A DNA stretch of 64,000 nt from the human T2T-CHM13v2.0 reference genome, Homo sapiens, in NCBI RefSeq assembly GCF_009914755.1, contig NC_060947.1, one strand, 5' to 3'. The notes beneath the pieces were generated by a model, which was not told where the DNA came from, did no database searches, and saw only the letters and a program-made list of their open reading frames with translations. Below are positions 1-15,624 of this stretch, piece by piece. The translations under genes were made by a program, and so were the position numbers. Each line of letters starts with the position of its first letter. Positions within the stretch are counted from its first letter, which is position 1.

Positions 1-944
1 CCACCTCCCTCCCGGACGGGGCAGCTGGCCGGGCGGGGGGCTGACCCCCCCCACCTCCCTCCCGGACGGGGTGGCTGCCGGGCGGAGACGCTCCTCACTT
101 CCCAGATGGGGTGGCTGCCGGGCGGAGAGGCTCCTCACTTCTCAGACGGGGCAGCTGCCGGGCGGAGGGGCTCCTCACTTCTCAGACGGGGTGGTTGCCA
201 GGCAGAGGGTCTCCTCACTTCTCAGACGGGGCGGCCGGGCAGAGACGCTCCTCACCTCCCAGACAGGGTCTCGGCCGGGCAGAGGCGCTCCTCACATCCC
301 AGATGGGGTGGCGGGGCAGAGGCGCTCCCCACATCTCAGACGATGGGTGGCCGGGCAGAGACGCTCCTCACTTCCTAGATGTGATGGCGGCTGGGAAGAG
401 GCGCTCCTCACTTCCTAGATGGGATGGCGGCCGGGCGGAGATGCTCCTCACTTTCCAGGCTGGGCAGCCAGGCAGAGGGGCTCCTCACATCCCAGACAAT
501 GGGCGGCCAGGCAGAGACACTCCTCACTTCCCAGACGGGGTGGCGGCCGGGCAGAGGCTGCAATCTCGGCACTTTGGGAGGCCAAGGCAGGCGGCTGGGA
601 GGTGTAGGTTGTAGTGAGCCGAGATCACGCCACTGCACTCCAGCCTGGGCACCATTGAGCACTGAGTGAACGAGACTCCGTCTGCAATTCCGGCACCTCG
701 GGAGGCCGAGGTTGGCGGATCACTCGCGGCCAGGGGCTGGAGACCGGCCCGGCCAACACAGCGAAACCCCGTCTCCACCAAAACCAGTCAGGCGTGGCGG
801 CGCGTGCCTGCAATCGCAGGCATTCGGCAGACTGAGGCAGGAGAATCAGGCAGGGAGGTTGCAGTGAGCCGAGATGGCAGCAGTACAGTCCAGCTTCGGT
901 TCCGCATGAGAGGGAGACCGTGGGGAGAGGGAGAGGGAGAGGGG
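1..944 (-). mobile_element. SVA retrotransposon, 5' portion (VNTR, Alu-like domain, short hexamer head); young SVA_E/F-like; continues beyond window start
   Basis: GC-rich ~40 bp VNTR units (ctcctcacttcccagacggg) at 1-555; Alu-like domain ~556-910; (GAGAGG)3 at 925-944 is the reverse complement of the CCCTCT head. Flank ccttccttctttt (945-957) looks like one TSD copy. Confidence 0.95.
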
Positions 945-1750
945 CCTTCCTTCTTTTACCCTCACAAATGCCTTCCCTCCTTCATCACCATTCCAAAAGT
1001 TTTTCTTGTCCTTCAATCAAGGTCCTTTCATTTCTCACCTCCCCACAATGACTTTCCTTTGCTCACTTCACAGGCCTTTTCTCAAAAGCTTTTCATTCCT
1101 TATCTCACAGAGCCCTTTTCTCCTCTCTTAAAGTCTTCAGTCCCTTACTTCCCTTCTTTTACCTTATATCATCCTCTCCCTCTCTAAGCTACCTTCACTA
1201 AGGCCTTCCCCTCTCCCTCAAATTCCTTCTCTTACCTCTTTATTTACCCTCCTCCAGGCCTTCACTCACTCCCTCTCAGAAGCCTACTTTCAGCTCTCCA
1301 AAAGTTCTTCTCCCCACTCAGGTTTTCCTTCCTTCACCACCCAAAGGTACTTTCCACTTCTTCCCCAAAAGCCTTCTTTTCTTCCTTCCACTTAATGGTC
1401 TTTCTGCCTCACTTGCTTCACTCAAAGTCTTTCCCTCCTCCTCCAGATTCTCCCAACCTGAACTGCTTTTCCTTTTCCTACAACCTTCTTTCCTTCCATA
1501 ACCTTCCTAAGTCTCAGATGGTTTTCTCAAAACAGCTTTCTCAATATTACCCATAATGGCGTGCCTTTTCTCCCAACCCCCTCACAAACGTATTTTATGT
1601 TCTCATCTGCACAAAGGCCTTAGATTTCCCACAGTCTCCTGCCTTTGAGCTCCAGACCCAAGCCCAAAGACTTCAGCATCCCCACCTCTAATCCCAAGGG
1701 CTTCTTTCTCCCTGCTCTCCCTAGAGGTTTTCCGTCTTCTCAACCAAGGT
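945..1750. repeat. Pyrimidine-rich low-complexity tract, possibly a decayed minisatellite
   Basis: Strong C/T bias on +, with short AAAG/AGG cores recurring every ~20-30 bp. Confidence 0.7.
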
Positions 1751-2408
1751 CCACCCACAGTCAAAGAGGGAGGCAAAGATTGGGCAGTGGCATCACAACT
1801 AAAAAGAATAGAGACTTCTATACACTATGTCACAACTACATGGGTTTCTAGGTTTTTGTGAGGAATGAAATTCATAATTAAATAAAGTATATGCTGTTTT
1901 ATCAATTATTTGAAATAAGTTAGAAAATATGATTTCTGTTCTTTGAAAAAATGTTAAGATATTTTTAATGATCATTTACAAATCATAATATTACTACAAA
2001 TTATTCAGGTTTATTTCTACTATTTATCTAAAACACCAAAGTATTTCTGAATTACTGTATTTGTAATAGTACAATACTAAAAGTCTTCTTATCCTCTAAA
2101 AAAGTAAGCTGAAAAACAAAACTATAAATTGTGTATTTTTTCTTAGTCAGCGAGTTCTTCATTTTCTATTTCTATTTTGAGTAGAACTCCCACACAAAAA
2201 AGAATACTGTCTAATTCAGTGTGATTTCTTTATTTCCAGGAGTACTTTTTCCATTATAGGTCTAACATGTTTTCTCCTAAAATAATCTATGATTCATTCT
2301 TTACATTGTTAGATTTCCCAGATTCTCAGGAGGTAATATGTGACTGTATGAATTAAATTTAATTTGCATTTAAAATTATTTCACTTAATTAACATAACAA
2401 AATGCACT

Positions 2409-2791
2409 TGTTATGGGTTGAATTGTGTTCCCTCACCAAAAACAGTTGCAATTATAACCCCAATACCTTATTTGTGATCTTGTTTGGAGATAAGGTCTTC
2501 ATAGAGATAATCAAGTTAAAATGAGGTCATCTGAAGTGTATTTTAATCCACTATGAATGGTGTCCTTATAAAAAGGGGAAACTTGGATGCAGAGACAGAC
2601 ACCCATACAGGAAAGACTATTTCAACCTGCAAGCCAAGGAGAGGCGTTTCCTCACAATCCTCAGAAGGAACCAGCCCTACTAACACCTTGGTTTTGGACT
2701 TCTAGCCTCCAGAGGTGTGAGACAATAAATTTCTGTTTTAAGCCACCCAGTTTATGGTATGTTGTTACAACAGCCCTAGGAAACTAATATA
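2409..2791 (+). mobile_element. MaLR solo LTR (MLT1B/C-like)
   Basis: Starts tgttatgggttgaattgtgt; contains aagttaaaatgaggtcat, ggacttctagcctccaga and aataaatttctgttttaagccacccag; ends aaactaatata. Confidence 0.85.
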
Positions 2792-3374
2792 CATCAGAAG
2801 GTAAAATAATTGTCCATGGTCCTGTAGAATTATGGCAAAAGCAAAACATATGGTTCTGACATTAAAATTCCCTTTCTCATTTCTAGACGGACCCTAGTGA
2901 GTTCTCTTAGATTTAATGGTACTGACAGGAATTGAAGTTGAGTGACCTGAGGTAACTCTGGGATATACCTCCAGTTTGTATTGTCATTTGCATTCCCAAG
3001 CCACATTGCCTTTCAAGTTATATTTATGCAGAAGACGTACAGACCAGTGGCATACAGGATAAGGAGAGAAGCAAACTGTGGACTGGGAGTTTGATTCCAC
3101 CAATAATCTGTAACCTATTCAGTCAGTCCTAATTGCTCATCCTTTTCAGGGAAATTTAAAAAATGAGAAATAAAGATGGACTAGTAGGTAATATTTTCAA
3201 ATTGCCTTAGCTGCATGGACAGATCTCAGTAACTAGTTTCTGTATCATTATATTAGAATACTTTATTTATCTGATATCCTTGGGGAGTGAATGAGGCATT
3301 ACACATAGAAAGTCTGGCTGCCTGCCGTGTACCTAATTGAGCACGAGGCTAGCTTTTGCTTTAACCCTGTGTAC

Positions 3375-3520
3375 GTGTGGTGTAGTTGGAGGAGCCCTAA
3401 GCTAGGAATCAAGAGATCTAGGTTGCCCTGATTGTTCACACTAACTTGCTGTGTGACCATTGATGAGTCATTTTACCTCTTTAGGCTTCAGTTATCTTAT
3501 CGAAAAAATGAAGAAATTTC
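3375..3520 (+). mobile_element. MIR SINE fragment
   Basis: gctgtgtgacc...ttcagttatcttatc core similarity. Confidence 0.6.
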
Positions 3521-3789
3521 ACTAGGTGGGCATTTTTCCTGTTCAGTCAAAATGCTTGGTTATCTTAATGATACCAGTCATTCATATTTTCCTTTAAGCT
3601 ACCTTACTTTTTTACATTAATATATTTATTTAAAAAGGGAACTGTACCATAGTTATAAATGGAAAGTTGACCATATTTGCTATTAAGAAAGTTATTAATA
3701 AAAATAAATATCCTGAAAACAAGTAATGATATTAAATTTAAAATTGTAAGCAATAAAAATAAACGATGAAAGACATGTAACAAACTGTT

Positions 3790-3965
3790 TTGCATTGTAT
3801 TAAGCCCTTCACATGTGACTTCATTTAATCCTCATAACACTTCAAAATAAATATCACCATTTTGCAGATGAGTAAACTGAGGCAACGAGAAGTTTACTGA
3901 CATGCTCAAGTTCACCACCTAGTATGTGGCAGAGTCAGGATACAAACTCAGGTCTGTTTGAGGCC
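3790..3965 (-). mobile_element. MIR SINE
   Basis: catttaatcctcataac...cattttgcagatgagtaaactgaggc (MIR core, reverse strand). Confidence 0.8.
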
Positions 3966-4127
3966 AACACCCAGAAAGATAGTGGCATAGGTAGACCCTC
4001 AACTTGAAGCCTCAGTAAAATCCTTTAGAAACTGATACAGTTAGCCACTGCTCTTTCTGTCTCCTCACCCTGTCATTCAGTTTCTCATCTATTAGACCTC
4101 ACACCACAGCGGGGATGGGGGGGGCGG

Positions 4128-4281
4128 GGGCAACATAATTTGTAAAATGAAAATACAAGATCTCTCATTTAAAATTCATGGTTTTCAAAATGGCGATAGC
4201 AAAACATTAAACCAAGCATGGAGCTCCCCAAGTGTGGGGCCCTGTTTGACTGCACAAGTCACATATAGATGAAGCTCTCTG
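4128..4281 (-). mobile_element. MER45A-like hAT DNA transposon
   Basis: aaaatgaaaat...cattaaaccaagcatgg...ggggccctgt...ctgcacaagtcaca...atgaagc. Confidence 0.65.
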
Positions 4282-4681
4282 TCTGCACTGAGTCTGGTGT
4301 TTCTTTTCCGTTGAAATGTAGTTAGATTTTTAGTCTTTTATTTGTAACAGGGAAATTAAAAAATAAAAATTCTTTGTGACAAGGAAACATAATTCGTTCT
4401 TTAATATTTTCTGCTACCAATTTAAAAGGCTGACTCCTAATCTTTTATTTGCTGAACATGCTAATGAGTGTAAAGATGCAAATTAGAGGCAAAGAGGATG
4501 ACATTATTCTTCATATGAAAAATAATGGAGGAGGGGAAAAAGGCTGGAGGCTGTTTGGGTAGAGAGGAAGACCTGAGAAAAAGGCTTGTGTGCTAGCTGG
4601 TGGGAGACTTTGGAGAGAGTTAAAGAGGAAAAGGAGGCAATTGTCCCAGGGAAGAAAGAGCAGGGACAAAAGTTTATAAAG

Positions 4682-6133
4682 CCTAAGCAAAAAGAACAAA
4701 GCTGGAGGCATCACACTACCTGACTTCAAACTATACTACAAGGCTATAGTAACCAAAACAGCATGGTACTGGTACCAAAACAGACATACAGACCAATGGA
4801 GAAGAACAGAGGCCTCAGAAATAATGCCACACATCTACAACCATCTGATCTTTGACAAACCTGTCAAATACAAGCAATGGGGAAAGGATTTCCTATTTAA
4901 TAAAGGGTATTGGAAAAACTGGCTAGCCATATGCAGGAAACAGAAATTGGACCCCTTCCTTATACCTTATACAAAAACTAACTCAAGATGGATTAAACAC
5001 TTATGTGTAAGACCTAAAACCATAAAAACCCTAGAAGAAAACCTAGACAGTTCCATTCAGGACAATGGCATGGGCAAAGACTTCATGACTAAAACACCAA
5101 AAGCAATGGCAACAAAAGCCAAAATTGACAAATGGGATCTAATTAAACTAAAGAGCTTCTACTCAGTAAAAGAAACTATCATCGGAGTGAACTGGCAACC
5201 TATAGAATGGGAGAAAATTTTTGCAATCTATCCATCTGACAAAAGGCTAATATCCAGAATCTACAAGGAGCTTAAACAAATTTACAAGAGAAAAAAAAAC
5301 CATCAAAAAGTGGGCAAAGGATATGAACAGACACTTCTCAAAAGAAGACATTTATGAGGCCAAAAAACATATGAAAAAAAACTCATCATCACTGGTCATT
5401 AGAGAAATGCAAATAAAAACCACAATGAGATACCATCTCTCGCCTGTTAGAATGGCAATCATTAAAATGTGTGGAAACAACAGATGATGGAGAGGATGTG
5501 GAGAAACAGGAACGCTTTTACACTGTTGATGGGAGTATAAATTAGTTCAACCATTGTGGAAGACAGTGTGGCAATTCCTCAAGTATCTAGAACCAGAAAT
5601 ACCATTTGACCTAGCAATCCCATTACTGGGTATATACCCAAAGGATTATAAATCATTCTAGTATAAAGACACATGCACACGTATGTTTATTGCAGCACTA
5701 TTTACAATAGCAAAGACTTGGAACCAACCCAAATGCCCATCAATGATAGACTGGATAAAGAAAATATGGCACATATACATCATGGAATACTATGCAGCCA
5801 TAAAAAAGAATGAGTTCATGTCCTTTGCAGGGACATGGATGAGGCTTGAAACCATCATTCTCAGCAAACTAACACAGGGACAGAAAACTAAACACCGCAT
5901 GTTCTCACACATAAGTGGGAGTTGAACAATGAGAACATATGGACACAGGGAGAGGAACATCACACACCAGGGCCTGTCAGGGGGTGGGGGGCTAGAGGAG
6001 GGAGAGCATTAGGAGAAATACCTAATGTAGATGACGGGTTGATGGGTGCAGCAAACCACCATGGCCCATGTATACCTATGTAACAAACCTGCACATTCTG
6101 CACATGTATCCCAGAACTCAAAGTATCAAAAAA
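4682..6133 (+). mobile_element. 5'-truncated L1PA (about PA6-PA8): ORF2 C-terminus plus 3' UTR, disabled
   Basis: ORF2 peptides ([42 protein letters not shown]); G-rich 3' UTR; TSD (gac)aaagtttataaag at ~4665-4681 and 6134-6149. Confidence 0.97.
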
Positions 6134-6989
6134 GACAAAGTTTATAAAGATTTGCCCTATGGCAAGTGATGTCAGCCGTGTTTGGTGTCATGGTAGGTTT
6201 GATATGTTACTCATTTTTTTCTTTTACACTTTCAAATAAACTCATAGCAAACATTAATATATCCATAAATATTCATCTATGTTCCACCTAAAATTCTTAT
6301 GTACTACTAGTGATAGACTACACTTTGAGACATACTGCTCAAATTAATTTAAAAATAATTTTCTTTCAGAGTACGGAAGAAACCAAAGGTGGAGGGCAGG
6401 GTAAAATATATTCTAGACTTATGGTTGAGACTGCCACTGATGTTGCTCATCTTAGTTAAGATGTTTAATTGTCGCTTTCATTTCAATGCCCATTGTAATG
6501 ACCGAAAGATCTATAAAGGGTGAAAACCTGGAGAACCTAGAAAGTTTCCATCTGGCATCTATATGCCAGAAACTTGGAGGGTTCTCTGAAAGATAAAAAC
6601 ATGATGGAGAGAAATCACAGCAACTTGTGTTTCATGTCAAGCCAAGGGCAAGCCTGTCCAGCAGGGTCTGGAGGCTAGGGCACTCTGAGTTGGGGACTCT
6701 AAGTTGGGGGATCAATATTCTAGAGGAATTCCAGAGAGCACATAACTTGCTGAATATAACTTAGGATGGAGACTTGGGCCTCAGTGTGCTACTGTCAGCC
6801 AACACTTACTTCAGATGGTGTGCTGAATCGAGTGGCAACAAGGACAGCAAATTGACGAAGGGGAACACTGAGCAAACAAACAGCAATATGGAACTAAAGT
6901 CTTGTCAAGGTCCCTTCCATCTGTAGCTCCCTTCTCATGTCATGTAGGACAGAGGGTTCTCTGATCTGGCAAAATGTGCCTAGCAACAT

Positions 6990-7310
6990 TAATCTCATTT
7001 CTTGTCCTTGTGCTGGAAGCACTCTCCCAGGCCCTTTGTTCAGCCAGCTACTTCTAGTCTTTTTTTTTTTTCCACTTAAATATCATCTCCTCAGAGAGAC
7101 TGGCTCCCATTTAAAGTAGCCCCCCTCCTTTATTCTGTATCAGTATCCACTTTTCTTCATAGCACTCATTACAATTTGTAATTACTTAATTTGTTAGTGG
7201 TCTGTCTTCTCCACTGCATTGTAGTAAGCTCCATGAGGGCAGGGATCTTGTCTGACTTGTTCACTGATATATCCTCAAAACACAGAATATAGTGGGTGTT
7301 CAATAATGAG
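6990..7310 (+). mobile_element. L2 3' end
   Basis: aaatatcatctcctcagagag...gtaagctccatgagggcagggat...ttgttcactg. Confidence 0.8.
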
Positions 7311-7329
7311 TAAGCATTAGTAGAAAACA

Positions 7330-10220
<2,891 letters not shown>

Positions 10221-10726
10221 GTGTTATCCTCTTCTCTCATGTAGGAGGGAATTGTGTAAATAAGACTAAAAACCAGTTCTTTAAAATAGTGAGAAAGAAG
10301 GATAAGGAAGGTTTTACTGTATGTAAGGCCTTGATTTTTGTCAATATATATGTAAGCCAACATATTTTCCAAGACTTTCTGTGATGGGATCTGATTTAGT
10401 TGGAATACATACTGTTTTCAGCTCATCAGTTGATTAGGCCTCTTAATGCCATTTGTCAGAGGCAAGTTTACTATTGTAAATCAGCTTACAACAATGGCAT
10501 GTGTCAGCCTATAGCTTAAGCATTTGTAAATTTAACACTTTTTCAGTTTCACAACAAAATTGCATTCTGATTATTAATGATGCTTAAGCTGTTATGAGAT
10601 GAAAGTATATCTGTTAGCTATTTGACATTCTATAATTAATTTAAGCAAAGGTAATTACCATTCAAGGGTCATTGAAAGTGATAAATGCTTTATATGTTGG
10701 GATTAATAATTTTACTTCTTCTTAAG

Positions 10727-10846
10727 GGTCCTCATATTTTGTGCTTGCAAATGGACATATCCTGCCCAACAGTGAAAATGCTCATGGCCAATCTCTGGAA
10801 GAAGATTCCGCATTGGAAGCTTTGCTGAATTTTTTCTTTCCAACAA
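10727..10846 (+). CDS. FMR1NB: FMR1NB coding exon 2 (120 bp, phase 1-1)
   Basis: cttaag acceptor, gtaagt donor; translates (G)SSYFVLANGHILPNSENAHGQSLEEDSALEALLNFFFPT, matching recalled human FMR1NB. Confidence 0.96.
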
Positions 10847-10916
10847 GTAAGTTCTTGTTTGATTTTTTTCCCCCTCTAATGTTCTTGTTTTGAAAACAGT
10901 AATTAAATGTTTAGGA

Positions 10917-11105
10917 AGCAGTGTGGTGTAATGGCACTGGAGTGGGACAGAGCTGAGTTTGAATCCTGGCTCTGCTCTTTGGCTTAGGCAAGACAATCTC
11001 TCTGAACCTCAGTGCCCTCATCTTTGAAATGAAGATATTTACCACAAAGAATTATGAGGATGAACTGAGATAATATTCATAAGGCATTTCATAAATGTTT
11101 GTTAC
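10917..11105 (+). mobile_element. MIR SINE
   Basis: gagtttgaatcctggctctgc...ctctctgaacctcagt...catctttgaaatg. Confidence 0.8.
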
Positions 11106-12410
11106 TGTTTATAAAATACTTTTCCTTCGCAAATATCTAATCTTTCACAATTTGCCTGAATGGCATTGCCTGAAATTCAGTCACTGACCCAGTATTGTGA
11201 AATTGATGTCTTCTGTGGCATTAGTGAGGGTACTGTGTGACTGATGTTATGGAATATGCCAGATGTTTTCCCATCTGTTTTAATGATAGAAATCCCAGGT
11301 TTCAAGTCTCACTGTCTTTTTGTGATTCTGTATATAATGTGTTTATCAAGCACATTATGACCCCTGAGAATTATTAACCACAAATAAACACGTTTCATTT
11401 TGTATAGCATGTGGTGCCCTTTCAAGGAGAAGCTTCATATAAATTGGAATATGTGAAGTACAAAGATAAAGCTCTTATGAAAAATCATGCAGAATTTATT
11501 CTAACAAAATTTGATATACTCTATAAGCACAAAATTATATCTGTTCTTTGATTCCAGGCCTTTCCACTGAATTCTTTAGTGAACTTGAAAAAATCTCTTT
11601 ATGTTTCTTTATACTTGTTACATTAAGTTTAAAACAGGCATCTACCAATGAGAATAGCAAAATAAACAAGTTCCTTAAATAAACTCAAAATACTGCCATG
11701 GTCAAATTGAGTAAATAAAAAAGAAATCTGAGACGGTGTTATGTCGTATAGGCTGAAAGAATGGTTTGAGTGCCACAGTTAGTCGTAAACAACAACTAAT
11801 GATGATTTAAGCTTTAAAGCTTATGAAAACAACAGATGTAAACAGTCACATACTTACCTGTAATAACTACATTGTACAGACACTGAAGCCACCTGTAAAA
11901 ATGGTTCGAAAAAGATATCTGCATTTCCCAAATATTTCTCCAACCTGGTGCAGGAAAGTAAGTCAAAATCAATTATATGAAGTAAAAATTTTGTCCAACA
12001 AAATAAAATTGTTCCATTTTAATAGAAACATCTGACCTAGGTTGATTCAAAAAGTGATTAAATATTTATCAAATGTACATACTGTCTTTGAAGACAATAA
12101 CTACAGCTTCATAAAACGTGAAATATTTTTAACCAATTTATTTCTTCCCCCACATAATTGAAAATAAACACTCTTACCACTTAAGCATGAAAAAAAAGTT
12201 CGTTGTTTTGCCATTAGGCTACTATTTGTAAAATATTTATCTCTTGCAGATTAAAATGACAACCTTGATACACACTGGCAGGGAAGCTTGAGAGATCACC
12301 TGATCTTTCTCCCTTTGGACAAAATTACATACTTAAACCTGACAAAAAAAAATTGTTCTACCTTTTTGATTCTTTAAAATTACCAATGCCTCTTAGTAAT
12401 TTGAGCTTGA

Positions 12411-12718
<308 letters not shown>

Positions 12719-14227
12719 TAATTTTAATATCTAGCATAAAGTCCATCAGATGCACTTAAAGCAGAAATTAACAGATGATCTTAGAGATCATATAGTCTAG
12801 TCTCTTCTACGATTTAACCCTAACCCTAACCCTCTCTTTAGCATTTCTGGGAAGTGGTGTTTGAACAGTACCCATGGTGAGAAACTCAGCATGCAAGGAA
12901 ATCCATCCCATCTCTGAGTAGTCCTGACTATTGTCACCATTTTCTGGGTGTTTGACACCCAGAACTGAACACTTGATGCAATCCAACCTAGGGGAGAAGA
13001 GCCGCTCTGGGCCTAGCAGAATTGAAGAACAGATTACTTAGAATATAGAACAACAAGTAGGATAAACTCTCATGTCTAAAATGTTTGGAAAATGAGTGTC
13101 TAGGCCAGTTGGTAGTGCATTAAATTTTTGATCTTGCATAAGTTACTTTGATCCTTTATTATTTTTAAAACAGAGATTGTAAAACTCAATTTGGGAGTTT
13201 GTTGCAAAGATTAGTAATAAAGTGTGTAAAGCAAGGTTCCTGGCCCAAACAGGTGCCTAAATAATGGTAGATATTATTATTTTTACCTTGGCTTCAGCAA
13301 TTGCCAATCTTTAAAAAAGAGGAATGTAGTAAAATATACTGAGGTTAAAATTTGCATAAAACAATTACGTTGTTCTTTGCTGATGTTGAAGTGCTTTAGT
13401 GATTATAAAATATCAGTTACTACTTTTAAGTTTGTAATTGTTGATAGTATAAGAGATTGAACCGAATCTATTCTGGCCTTAACACATAGACATACTGTGG
13501 AGGTTTTTCTTTTTGAATGAAAATCTGATATTGTGCTTTTTAGTTTGTATTTGTTTCTCTTATAAAGCAGGATATTATAGAAAATAAGCTATTTGAGCTT
13601 GCAGGTCTTTTAGATTCAGGTATGTACGAATTTATTGCAGTTGCATAATCTTGGTGTTAATGCCATAAATCATTGCCTGTTTAAAATTATAGAGTCATAA
13701 TTTAAGGGTGAAACGAAGAATCTTAAAATATATTATAGTGCCAATATGATAAGTGTTCACAAAAAGTAGGTCAATGCCAGTGTATCACTTACTTTAGTCA
13801 CTAGCAGCAAACTATGTAATTTTTACTTAGTTCTGTGGCTTAGTAACGTTAAGCCGGAGGATATATGTGGGATCATTTTAACAAGGGATTAGTTTTAAAA
13901 GCATTTGACTTGTTGTTATTTAGTTCCTTCTGTGTTATATTTGCATCATCACCACTCAGCACATGATTTATTGTCCTTTTAAACTATCTTACCAAAGATT
14001 TTTTAACAACTTGTAATTTTCTGCAATTCACCTAGATTTGAAAATGTGATATTAAATAACTTAGTGGTAACTTTTAGCTTAAGTCTTATTTTCTTTTAGC
14101 ACCCATCATTAGCTGTATATGCCATTAAATGTTTGCTTTTCTTCTTTGTCTTCCAGTAATTATTTAATTAGGGAAAGTGGTAACTAACCATGCTGAATTC
14201 TCTTTCTTAAATTTCTGTTTTTAAAAG

Positions 14228-14368
14228 CTTGCAATCTGAGGGAAAATCAGGTGGTAAAGCCTTGTAATGAGCTGCAAGATCTTAGTGAGAGTGAATGTTT
14301 GAGACACAAATGCTGTTTTTCATCATCGGGGACCACGAGCTTCAAATGTTTTGCTCCATTTAGAGATG
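14228..14368 (+). CDS. FMR1NB: FMR1NB coding exon 3 (141 bp, phase 1-1), six-cysteine trefoil/P-type-like domain
   Basis: aaaag acceptor, gtaagt donor; (T)CNLRENQVVKPCNELQDLSESECLRHKCCFSSSGTTSFKCFAPFRD, in frame with exons 2 and 4. Confidence 0.96.
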
Positions 14369-14824
14369 GTAAGTTATTCCTCTTTCATTTATTTCTATTT
14401 TTTAATATTAAATAAACAGATCGCAGTGGCATAAGTTCATATTTGGATTTCCTAGCTTAATACTTAAATGGGACTCCCAGTCCTAGAGCGGTGCTCCTTA
14501 GAAGGTCCTGAGGTGGTCATGACTCTGGTCAGGAGCAGTTTTTGCTTAGCCTTTGGATGGTGACTTTGGTAATACAAAAATTAGTCTCACATTTTCTTTT
14601 GCTTTAGTCACTCTCTGTGTTTTGTCCAAAAGTTTCCAGGCTCTATGGAACCCTCAATGGCTGAGAGAAGATACCGGTTGGGCATGCCTTAGCTTACTTC
14701 TCTTTGCCCAGCTTTTCCTCCTAGGTAGAATTCTTCCCATTTGTCTTGTCTTCATCTCAGTATGTAACAGTAGACTTGAATGTTTCTTGTTAAGGTCTGC
14801 TTATTAGTTTTTCTTTATTGGGTA

Positions 14825-15116
14825 TTTTTTGAGATAGCATCTCACTCTGTTACCCAGGCTGGAGTACAGTGGTGACGTGATCACAGCTGACTGCAGCCTC
14901 GACATCCGGGGCTCAAGTGATCCACCCGCCTCAGCTTCCTGAGTAGTTGGGACTACAGACGTGCACCAGCAAGCCCGACTAATTTTTAGTTTTTTTGTAG
15001 AGACAAGGTCTCCCTAGGCTTCCCAGGCTGGTCTCCAACTCTTGGGTTCCAGCAGTTCTTCTGCCTCGGCCTCCCAAAGTGCTGGAATTTATAGGTGTGA
15101 GCCACCACACCGAGTC
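14825..15116 (-). mobile_element. AluJ
   Basis: Diverged dimer with AluJ-type ctgcagcctcgac...gggctcaagtgatcc. Confidence 0.93.
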
Positions 15117-15624
15117 TTGTTCTATAGTTTTTGAATTAGGTTCTTCTGAATATTTTTTTCTTTACAAAGTTTTGAGAACTACACCATCTGTTTTTGCTAC
15201 CTTCATTTGGATATTGGGGATGTATTTCCAGTTGCTCTCATGATGCATGGATTTGATATGATGAAACACTAATACTACAAAAAGGATGCATGCAAAATAA
15301 TATCTTAAGTTAATATAGTCCCTATTCAATTTACGGCTTTTTGTTGAATATGTAGTATTAATACTGGAAACTAAAACCTGATCGTGAATATAATATTACA
15401 ATTTTAACACTGTCACATGTTATTTGTAATTCATTTATCAGTTTGGTCTTTATATTATGTATGAAGCAACATTTGGTTCTTGCAGAGGAAAAAATTTAAC
15501 TGTGACTTACAATTCCCCAATCACATTAGAATGCATTTTCCGATGAATATAAGACTAAAATATGCTTATTTCACCTGCACATTCTTGATTCCTTGTTTAA
15601 TTTAATATTTTGTAATTTGGAAGT

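Noticed and set aside
1-555. Repeat-spacer-like periodicity resembling a CRISPR array
   Set aside because: The units are SVA VNTR monomers with no unique spacers, no cas genes, and a primate context.
71-1187. Overlapping 60-173 aa ORFs at the window start
   Set aside because: They arise from the stop-poor GC-rich SVA VNTR and Alu-like domain and the CT-rich tract; no gene structure.
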